Shown here in pieces: positions 17,913 to 26,055 of a DNA stretch of 64,000 bases. The stretch comes from Alphaproteobacteria bacterium. GTDB taxonomy: Bacteria > Pseudomonadota > Alphaproteobacteria > UBA828. Made by a program: the position numbers and the translations under genes. The stretch lies in contig CBDEFM010000002.1 in assembly GCA_965237415.1 (NCBI GenBank), positions 768,001 through 832,000 of the forward strand, written 5' to 3'. Position 1 is the stretch's first letter. Each line of letters begins with the position of its first letter. The notes below the pieces were generated by a model that worked only from the letters and a program-made list of their open reading frames with translations, did no database searches and was not told the origin of the DNA.

Positions 17913-19976
17913 ATGCGATTCGCGGTCGACACCGGGGGAACCTTCACCGACCTTGTCGTCGAGTCCGACGACGGGGGCCTGCGCATGTACAAGGCGCCGA
18001 CCACGCCGTCGGACCCGGTCGCGGGCGTGCTGGAAACGCTGGCCGGCGCCGCCGACGACTTGGGCGAGAGCCGCGAGGCCCTGCTCGGCCGCGGCGAGAT
18101 GCTGATCCACGGCACGACGCACGCGATCAACGCCATCGTCACCGGCAACACCGCCCGCACGGCCTTTCTCACGACCAAGGGCCATCCGGACGTGCTGGTG
18201 TTTCGCGAGGGCGGGCGGACCGAACCCTTCAACTTCACCGTGCCTTATCCCGAGCCCTATGTGCCGCGCTCTCTCACCTTCGAGGTGCCGGAACGCGTAG
18301 CCTATGACGGCAGCGTCACCGAGCCGCTCGACGAGGCGGGCGTCGTCGCGATCATCGAGGAGCTGAAGAGCCGGGAGATCGAGGCCGTCGGCGTCTGTCT
18401 GCTCTGGTCGATCGTGACCCCCGCGCATGAGCTTCGCGTCGGTGCGCTGCTGGAACGCCACCTGCCGGGTGTGCCCTATACGCTCTCGCACGTGCTCAAC
18501 CCCTCGCTCCGCGAATACCGCCGCGCGTCGTCGACCTGCATCGATGCCTCTCTCAAGCCGCTCATGGGCGACTATCTCGGCGGCCTGGAGTCGCGCCTGC
18601 GCGACGCGGGATTCGGCGGCCGGGTGCTGGTGGTCACGACCCAGGGCGGCGCCATGGATGCGGCCGACATGGCGCACGCCCCCATACACTCGATCAACTC
18701 AGGCCCGGCCATGGCGCCGATCGCAGGCCGCGCCTACGCCGAGGCCGACACCGGCGCCGACACCGCCATCATCGCCGACACCGGGGGCACGACCTTCGAC
18801 GTGAGCCTGGTGCGCGGCGGGCGCATTCCGTGGACCCGGGAGACCTGGATCGGCCAGCCCTACCGCGGCCATATGACAGGCTTCCCGGCGGTGGACGTGA
18901 AGAGCATCGGCGCCGGCGGCGGCAGCATCGCCTGGGTCGACGAGGGCGGGCTGCTCCATGTCGGGCCTAAGAGCGCCGGTGCCGTCCCCGGCCCGGTCTG
19001 TTACGGCGCCGGCGGCACCGAGCCGACCGTGACCGATGCCTCGGTGATCCTCGGCTGGATCGACCCTGCCTACTTCCTCGGCGGCACCATGGCATTGGAG
19101 ACCGAGGCCGCGGCGACCGCAATAGAGACCCATGTCGGGGGCAAGCTCGGCCTCTCGCTCCACGAGGCGGCGGCGGCCATGATGAGCGTCGCCACGGAGA
19201 ACATGGTGCACGCCATCGAGGACATCACCGTCAACCAGGGCATCGACCCGCGCGAGGCTGCCATCGTCGGCGGCGGCGGCGCGGCCGGTCTAAACGCCGT
19301 CGCCATCGCGCGCCGGCTTGGCTGTGCGCAGGTGATCCTGCCCGAGGTCGCGGCCGCTCTCAGCGCCCACGGCGCCCTCATCTCGGAGCTCAGGGCCGAG
19401 TACAGCGGCACGCTCTACACATCCACCGGCGGCTTCGACTTCAACGGCGTGAACGCGCTGCTGGAGGAGCTGGAGGATAAGTGCCGGGCCTTCATCGAGG
19501 GGCCGGGCGCGGGCTCGCTGGAGCAGGTCGTGGAGTTCACCGCCGAGGCGCGCTATCCCAGCCAGATCTGGGAGATCGAGGTGCCGCTGCGCTCAGACCG
19601 GCTCGAGGACGAGCAGGCGCTTGCGGGCTTCATCGAGGACTTCCACAAGACCCACGAGGCGCTGTTCACGTTTGCAGACAGCGAATCGACCATCGAAACC
19701 GTCGGCTGGCGCGCCAACGTGCGCTGCCGTCTCAGGGACAGCATCAACCTGAGCGTGGAAAGCGCCGGCAGCGGCCCGGAGATCGCGCACAGCCGCTCGG
19801 TCTATTTCCCGGACACGGGCTTCGTCGAGGCGCGCGTGGTGCACTTCGATGGCATGGGTCCGGGCGAGACCGTGGACGGCCCGGCGATCATCGAATCGTC
19901 CTTTACCACCGTTGTGATCGACCCGGGGGCCAAGGCCGAGCGCCGACCCTCCGGCAGTCTCCTGATAACCCCCTGA
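17913..19976 (+). CDS. hydantoinase/oxoprolinase subunit A
   Basis: AVDTGGTFTD, IHGTTHAINA, SINSGPA, DTGGTTFDVS, IGAGGGSIA, SAGAVPGPVCYG. Confidence 0.95.
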   Translation: MRFAVDTGGTFTDLVVESDDGGLRMYKAPTTPSDPVAGVLETLAGAADDLGESREALLGRGEMLIHGTTHAINAIVTGNTARTAFLTTKGHPDVLVFREGGRTEPFNFTVPYPEPYVPRSLTFEVPERVAYDGSVTEPLDEAGVVAIIEELKSREIEAVGVCLLWSIVTPAHELRVGALLERHLPGVPYTLSHVLNPSLREYRRASSTCIDASLKPLMGDYLGGLESRLRDAGFGGRVLVVTTQGGAMDAADMAHAPIHSINSGPAMAPIAGRAYAEADTGADTAIIADTGGTTFDVSLVRGGRIPWTRETWIGQPYRGHMTGFPAVDVKSIGAGGGSIAWVDEGGLLHVGPKSAGAVPGPVCYGAGGTEPTVTDASVILGWIDPAYFLGGTMALETEAAATAIETHVGGKLGLSLHEAAAAMMSVATENMVHAIEDITVNQGIDPREAAIVGGGGAAGLNAVAIARRLGCAQVILPEVAAALSAHGALISELRAEYSGTLYTSTGGFDFNGVNALLEELEDKCRAFIEGPGAGSLEQVVEFTAEARYPSQIWEIEVPLRSDRLEDEQALAGFIEDFHKTHEALFTFADSESTIETVGWRANVRCRLRDSINLSVESAGSGPEIAHSRSVYFPDTGFVEARVVHFDGMGPGETVDGPAIIESSFTTVVIDPGAKAERRPSGSLLITP

Positions 19977-19992
19977 TCGAAGGAGGCAAGCG

Positions 19993-21771
19993 ATGGCAAG
20001 GAACACACTGACTCTCAACGCCGACGGCACGCTGGACGGCGTGCAGATGGCGATCGTCAACAAGCGGATGGAGGCCATCTGCGCCAAGATGGCCAACACG
20101 TTGCTGCGCACCGGGCGGTCGGGCGTGCTCAACAGCGCGCGCGACTTCTCCTGTTGCATCGTGACCGCGGAGAACCGGCTGCTCACGGTCAACGAAAGCC
20201 TGCCGATCCACGTCCTGCGCGGCGCCGACATGATGTGCGAGTCGATGCAGGAATTTCACCCCGACCTCACGCGGGGCGACGCCTATCTCCACAACTCGCC
20301 CTATCACGGCTGCTCTCATCCCGCCGATCACACCACGCTGGTGCCGGTGCTGGACGACGAGGGCGTGCACCGCTTCACCATGGTCGCCAAGGCCCACCAG
20401 GCGGATTGCGGCAACTCCATCGCCACCACCTATCACGGCAGCGCGCGCGACGTGTACGAGGAAGGCGCGCTGATCTTCCCGGCTGTCCAGATCCAGCGGG
20501 ACTACGAGGACATCGAGGACATCGTGCGCATGTGCCGCTTGCGCATCCGCGTGCCGGACCAATGGTGGGGCGACTATCTGGCCGCGCTCGGCGCGGCGCG
20601 GATCGGCGAACGCGAGACTATGTCCTTCGGCAACGAGATCGGCTGGGACACTCTCGCCCAGTTTGCCGAGCAGTGGTTCGACTACAGCGAGCAACTGATG
20701 ATCGCTGCGGTGCGGAAGATGCCGGGCGGCCGGGCCGTGACCACGTCGATGCACGACCCCTTCCCCAATGCCGAGGATGGGATCCCGGTCAAGATCGTGG
20801 TCGATGTGGACCCGGAAGAGGCGATGATCGACATCGACCTCCGCGACAATCCCGACGCCATGCCCTGCGGCCTCAACCTGTCGCGGGCCTGCTGCGAGAG
20901 CACGCTGCTGCTCGGCGTCTTCAACAGCATCCCCGACGCGGTGCCAACCAACACTGGCTCCTTCCGCCGCGTGCGCATGCACCTTCGCGAAAACTGCGTC
21001 GCCGGCATCCCGAAGCACCCGACCAGCTGCTCGGTGGCGACGACCAATCTCGCCGACCGCGTGGGCAACGGGGTGAGCCGCGCCATCGCCGATCTCGGGG
21101 ACGGCTACGGCATGGCCAGCACCGGCTCGATCATCCCGCCCTCCCTCGGCGTCATCTCCGGCACCAGCGAGAAGACCAAGGGTGCCTACGTCAATCAGAT
21201 CTTCCTCGGCTGGGGCGGCGGGGCGGCGGGTGCCCATGCGGACGCGTGGCTCTCGATCGGCCATCTCGGCAACGCCGGCATGTCCTACCAGGATTCCATC
21301 GAGCTCGACGAGATGCGCTTCCCGCTCACGGTGCGCGGCCGTCACTTCATCACCGATTCGGGTGGCCACGGCCGCACGCGGGGCGGCGCCGGGGTCTATT
21401 GCGAGTTTGGGCCGACCGACGGCGATCTGGAGGTCGGCTATGTCAGCGACGGCAACGTCACGCCGCCCGAGGGCGCGCGCGGCGGCACTCCGGGCGGGCG
21501 GGCCGACCAGTTCCGGCGCGACGCCAACGGCGATCTCCATCATCTCGACCCCTGCGCCCAGGCGATCATCCCGGAGGGCCACACCATCGTCTCCTATTCC
21601 TGCGGCGGCGGCGGTTACGGCGCGCCGACAGAGCGGCCGGCGGCACAGGTGGCGATCGACGTGCGCGAGCGCTGGGTCTCGCCCGAGGCCGCTCGCGAGA
21701 CCTACCGCGTGGTTCTCGACGACGCCGGTGTCCTCGTCGAGGACGCGACTGCCAAGCTGCGCAACGGCTGA
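19993..21771 (+). CDS. hydantoinase B/oxoprolinase subunit
   Basis: RDFSCCI, HNSPYHGCSHPAD, AHQADCG, DSGGHGRTRGG, GGGGYG. Confidence 0.95.
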   Translation: MARNTLTLNADGTLDGVQMAIVNKRMEAICAKMANTLLRTGRSGVLNSARDFSCCIVTAENRLLTVNESLPIHVLRGADMMCESMQEFHPDLTRGDAYLHNSPYHGCSHPADHTTLVPVLDDEGVHRFTMVAKAHQADCGNSIATTYHGSARDVYEEGALIFPAVQIQRDYEDIEDIVRMCRLRIRVPDQWWGDYLAALGAARIGERETMSFGNEIGWDTLAQFAEQWFDYSEQLMIAAVRKMPGGRAVTTSMHDPFPNAEDGIPVKIVVDVDPEEAMIDIDLRDNPDAMPCGLNLSRACCESTLLLGVFNSIPDAVPTNTGSFRRVRMHLRENCVAGIPKHPTSCSVATTNLADRVGNGVSRAIADLGDGYGMASTGSIIPPSLGVISGTSEKTKGAYVNQIFLGWGGGAAGAHADAWLSIGHLGNAGMSYQDSIELDEMRFPLTVRGRHFITDSGGHGRTRGGAGVYCEFGPTDGDLEVGYVSDGNVTPPEGARGGTPGGRADQFRRDANGDLHHLDPCAQAIIPEGHTIVSYSCGGGGYGAPTERPAAQVAIDVRERWVSPEAARETYRVVLDDAGVLVEDATAKLRNG

Positions 21772-21926
21772 ACGCTGGGCGGGCCGATGCCCGCCATAAC
21801 CCCTCACGATAGGGTGGCGCGCAAGCGGATTCGCCATTGCGCCCCAGGGCGCTTGTTGAGACCATCCCGGGCAGGCAGGGACAACTCTGCGCGCGAACCC
21901 ACATTCCGTTAAGGAGGGAAAACTCA

Positions 21927-23306
21927 ATGGTCGAACGCAAGGAACAGGAACATCTGCTGCGCCAAGCCGCGCGCCGGCAACTGCTGCGTGGCGAGATCGA
22001 CAGGCGTCAGTTCTTGACCCGCAGCGTGGCCGCCGGCCTCGGCCTGGCGGGCGCGAGCGTGGTGGCGAACTATGGCTCCGGTAGCGCGTTCGCACAGGAG
22101 CGGCCGCTCACGCCGACCTTCTATCAGTGGATCGAGGACCTGCATCCCTCGATCCCGCAGGTCAATGAGCAGTTCCCCGACGTCAACTACCAGATCGCGC
22201 CGGTCGAGGGCTTCGGCATCGAGCGCTTCGTCGCCGAGGCGAAGAACGGGGAGAGCACCTGGGACGTCTATGTCGGCCAGACCCCCTTCGTGGAAATGAC
22301 CGCGATGATCGAGGCCGATGTCATCGAGCCTTGGGACCCCTACATTCCCGATGACGTGGTCGCCGACCTGATCCCAGCGATCCGCGACGAGTGCACCATC
22401 GACGGCAAGCTCTACGGCTGGCCCTTCCTGCTCGACGTCATCGGCATGGGCTGGCACTCGGGCATCACCGCAAAAGCCGGGATCGGCGATACACCGCCGC
22501 CGGCCACCTGGGACGAGTATCTCGCCAACGCCCAGATGGTGGTGGACAGCGGCGCTGCGCCCTTCGGCGCGACCTTCGACGCCCACGGCTGGCGTTCGCT
22601 CGCGCCCATGACCCACAGCCTGAACAGCGACGTTTACACCGACGACGGCCTCTTCGACTTCACCCACGATGCGGCGGTTGAAGCGTTGATGCTGATGAAG
22701 AAGATCATGGCCGTATCGCACCCCGACATCCTGCTCGCGGGCGCGACCGACGGCGGCGTTAACGGCACCCCTGACGAGGTCGCCTTTGCCGCCCAGCGCG
22801 TCGGCTATTACACCAAGTATTTCAATGCGCCGCTGCGTTTCGCTCAGTACTGGGATGAGCCGACGGATCTGAAGATGGCCGGGCTTCCGAAGTTCGCGGG
22901 CGGCGAGGGCTCGACCGTGTTCTGGACCACCGGCTGCGCGCTGTTCAAGCATGGCAAGAACAAAGAGCAGGTCGCCGAATACATCCGCGCGCTGACCTAC
23001 GACCGGCAGATCTGGCAGGACTCGATCGCCGGAACGGAGACGGCGCATCCCGGGCAGCTGCCGCCCTACAAGTCGATCTACACCGAGTGGGAGGCCGACC
23101 GGCCGGACTGGATGCCGGACTTCGTGGGGCTGGTCCGGGGCCAGCTCGATCAGGCCAAGGCAATCACCAACCACCTGCTGGGCCTGCAACAGTTCATCAT
23201 CGGCCAATCGACCTGGGAGACCTATCTCAAGGACGAGGAGCCCGATCCGCGCGTCGCCTTGCAGAACACCATGGATGCGGTGCGCGCCGAGCTGGACCGC
23301 GGCTAA
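21927..23306 (+). CDS. CUT1 ABC transporter substrate-binding protein with Tat signal
   Basis: IDRRQFL twin-arginine motif, DGKLYGWP, PPATWDEY; AAGGAGGG RBS. Confidence 0.85.
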   Translation: MVERKEQEHLLRQAARRQLLRGEIDRRQFLTRSVAAGLGLAGASVVANYGSGSAFAQERPLTPTFYQWIEDLHPSIPQVNEQFPDVNYQIAPVEGFGIERFVAEAKNGESTWDVYVGQTPFVEMTAMIEADVIEPWDPYIPDDVVADLIPAIRDECTIDGKLYGWPFLLDVIGMGWHSGITAKAGIGDTPPPATWDEYLANAQMVVDSGAAPFGATFDAHGWRSLAPMTHSLNSDVYTDDGLFDFTHDAAVEALMLMKKIMAVSHPDILLAGATDGGVNGTPDEVAFAAQRVGYYTKYFNAPLRFAQYWDEPTDLKMAGLPKFAGGEGSTVFWTTGCALFKHGKNKEQVAEYIRALTYDRQIWQDSIAGTETAHPGQLPPYKSIYTEWEADRPDWMPDFVGLVRGQLDQAKAITNHLLGLQQFIIGQSTWETYLKDEEPDPRVALQNTMDAVRAELDRG

Positions 23307-23321
23307 CGGCGTCGCCACCCT

Positions 23322-23354
23322 GGGGAAAGGAGCGCAGACACCGCTCCCTTCCCC
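23322..23354 (+). terminator. stem-loop after the substrate-binding gene (mRNA-stabilising or attenuating)
   Basis: GGGGAAAGGAGCG...CGCTCCCTTCCCC, 12 of 13 bp paired. Confidence 0.55.
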
Positions 23355-23443
23355 GGCGCGTCGCGTACCGGCATTGACGCTCTTTTTCGTATCGCCCGCG
23401 GCGCGCACGCGTCGCGGGCTCCCCTAGCGTCGCGCGCAGGCCC

Positions 23444-24358
23444 ATGGCGCAGCGGTACACGTCGGCCAAAGCGATGCAGGACCTCAACACCTGGGTCCTG
23501 CTGGCCCCGGCGATCATTTTCTTCGTCGGATACCAGATCTACCCGATCATCCGGGTGGTCTGGATCAGCTTCACCGACTACGAGTTCCTGACCAACGAGC
23601 CGGCCAACTGGGTCGGCGTCGACAACTACATCGAGGCGTTCAACGACCCCTTGATGTGGACCAGCCTGTGGCGGGCGACGCTGTTCACGATGATGTTCCT
23701 GCCGGGAACCATCATCTTCCCGCTGCTGCTCGCGATCCTGGTGGACCGGGTCAGGGAGCCGGGGCTTGCGACTTTCTACCGCGTGGTGCTGCTGATTCCG
23801 GCGATCATCCCCAGCACGCTCGTCTTCGTGCTGTGGAAGTGGATGTACAACTACCAGGTCGGCCCCATCAATTTCCTCCTGGTGGAGGTGCTGGAGATCT
23901 TCACTTTCCACAACGCGCCGCAGTGGCTGGGCGGCACCCCGCTCACGCTGCCGTCGATCGCGATCATGGAAATCTGGTGGGGCCTCGGCTACCACGCCAT
24001 CTTCTTTCTCGCCGGCCTCGCGGTGATCCCCAAGGACCTGAACGAGGCGGCGCGGCTCGACGGCGCCAACGAGTGGCAGCTCTTCTGGCATGTGACGCTG
24101 CCGAGGCTCGCGCCCATCATGATGATCCTGGTGGTGCTGCGCTTCGGCACCTCGATGGCGGTGATCGACGAGTACCTGATCTTCGGCGGCTTCAACCGCG
24201 CCTCGCCGACCTACACCTGGACCGTCTTCATGTATGACCAGGCGTTCAAGATCGGCCTGTGGCGCCAAGGGTTTGCGGCGGCGATCGGCATGATCGGGTC
24301 GGTGGTGATGATGTTCTTCGTCATCATCCTGATCTACATCTTCAAGCCGCGGGACTGA
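23444..24358 (+). CDS. carbohydrate ABC transporter permease
   Basis: WVGVDNY; EAA loop IPKDLNEAARLDGANEWQLFWHVTLP. Confidence 0.92.
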   Translation: MAQRYTSAKAMQDLNTWVLLAPAIIFFVGYQIYPIIRVVWISFTDYEFLTNEPANWVGVDNYIEAFNDPLMWTSLWRATLFTMMFLPGTIIFPLLLAILVDRVREPGLATFYRVVLLIPAIIPSTLVFVLWKWMYNYQVGPINFLLVEVLEIFTFHNAPQWLGGTPLTLPSIAIMEIWWGLGYHAIFFLAGLAVIPKDLNEAARLDGANEWQLFWHVTLPRLAPIMMILVVLRFGTSMAVIDEYLIFGGFNRASPTYTWTVFMYDQAFKIGLWRQGFAAAIGMIGSVVMMFFVIILIYIFKPRD

Positions 24359-24365
24359 GGGCACC

Positions 24366-25253
24366 GTGGCCACCCACGCCACCGCTCCCGCACCGTTCAG
24401 GCGACGACGCAGAAAACCCTGGCTCGTGCGCAATCGCGCCGGGCTCATTCGGCACGGCGTGATCGGCGTGTTCTGCCTGATCATCCTGCTGCCGCTGGCC
24501 TGGGTGCTGATGCTCTCGATCAAGTCGCTGCCCGATTCCATGCGCGGGCAGATCTGGCCGCGGAAGTTCGACTTCTCTCACTACGGTTACGTGTTCGACA
24601 AGATCGAGACGTTGCCCACCAACCTCTTCAACAGCGTCTACGTGACCGGCGCGACGGTGCTGATCACCACTGCCTGCGCGGTGCTCGCGGGCTATGCGCT
24701 CGTCCATGTGAAGCCGCGCGGCACCGGGATCATCGTCACGGTCTTTCTCGTCTCGCTCTACTTCCCCATCCGCGTGGTCTCGATCATCTCGATCTACGAG
24801 ATTCAGAACGCGCTCGACCTGATCAACAGCACGAGCGGACTGATCCTGCCGTACATCACGCTGAATCTGGCCATCAGCGTCCTCATCATGCGGGCAGTGT
24901 TCCAACTCGTGCCGCACGAGCTGATCGAGGCGGCGCGGATGGACGGCGCGGGCCACTGGCGCACGCTCTGGCTGGTCTGCTTGCCGCTGGTGCGCAACGG
25001 CCTGGTGGTGGTCTTCATCGTCAACTTCGTCACCGCCTGGGGCGAGTTCCTGCTGGGCACGACGCTGACCAACGACCAGGAGGTCCGCACCATGCCGGTG
25101 GTTCTCGCCGCGGCCCAGGGGGGCATGGGGCAATGGGCCTGGCCGCGCATCGCCGCCGTCTATGTCGTGGTCGTCGCGCCCGGCATCATCGCCTTCACCT
25201 TCGCCCAGCGGCTCTTCTTCAAGGGCCTGATGGAGGGCGTGACGAAGGGCTGA
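24366..25253 (+). CDS. carbohydrate ABC transporter permease
   Basis: EAA loop VPHELIEAARMDGAG; AWGEFL; QRLFFKGLMEG. Confidence 0.92.
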   Translation: MATHATAPAPFRRRRRKPWLVRNRAGLIRHGVIGVFCLIILLPLAWVLMLSIKSLPDSMRGQIWPRKFDFSHYGYVFDKIETLPTNLFNSVYVTGATVLITTACAVLAGYALVHVKPRGTGIIVTVFLVSLYFPIRVVSIISIYEIQNALDLINSTSGLILPYITLNLAISVLIMRAVFQLVPHELIEAARMDGAGHWRTLWLVCLPLVRNGLVVVFIVNFVTAWGEFLLGTTLTNDQEVRTMPVVLAAAQGGMGQWAWPRIAAVYVVVVAPGIIAFTFAQRLFFKGLMEGVTKG

Positions 25254-25285
25254 AGCGAGAGCACAAACGGGCGGGGGGAAGACGC

Positions 25286-25300
25286 GGTGCCGCAGGAGAG
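25286..25300 (-). other. putative att core (duplicated tRNA 3' end) marking the left island boundary
   Basis: The minus strand reads CTCTCCTGCGGCACC, like a tRNA-Thr-type 3' end. An AT-rich tract and CCCCAC/TCCCAC repeats follow on the island side. Confidence 0.5.
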
Positions 25301-26055
25301 TTTTGAGAGTTTCTCGTAATACGTTGAAATATAACAAATATTTTCTTTCATTTTCTGAACGGCCCCACGTTCTTCCCACAGCGACGTCCAAGAGCAAATT
25401 CACCATAGACCTCCAGGGCGGCACATCCTACCTCATGTGCCCAAAAGTGGCGCTATCAGCAGGTGTCAGGATGCCGACGACTGCGACGCGCTGCGCACGG
25501 ACCCGCTAGCTGGCCTAGGGGAAGGCGCCGGAGAGCAGCCGCGACCTCTGATCCCTGCCGCCCGTGAGCCCACTGGAGAACGCACCGGCAGCGCGGTGCG
25601 CGGATAACGGGCGACCTTGGTCGATCTCCTCTGCCGCTCCTTCCCCGCCCCCAACCCGCGCCATCACGCTGGATATCCATGAAATCTGCGATACGGTGCA
25701 CGACTACCAGCGGCTCTCGCTCTGTTGTTCGGCGCCCGTTTTTGACCCTACGGATTCACGCTGTATCAACGAGTTAGCACGCCGATCAGCGTCCAATCTA
25801 CGCGCCGATCAACACTCACCATCGGCCAATCCAAGCTTTGAGGCACAAAAGTGCGAGTGTGCCACTTGAAGAATAGCGCCACAATGCCATCTACGGAATA
25901 TGACCAAGAATCATCGTGCAGTCGCCCTTCTATTGGCGGCACAACCTGTGCGCCGAATAACGCCCAAACGCTCAGCCTGACAAAAATCCCTCGATCCGAA
26001 CAGGCGGCCTACACCGGATGGATACGTCGTAGGTGCCGTCGACTACGTCTTCCGC

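Noticed and set aside
25400-26050. Short ORFs at the island edge
   Set aside because: No recognisable motifs or convincing RBS; left unannotated.
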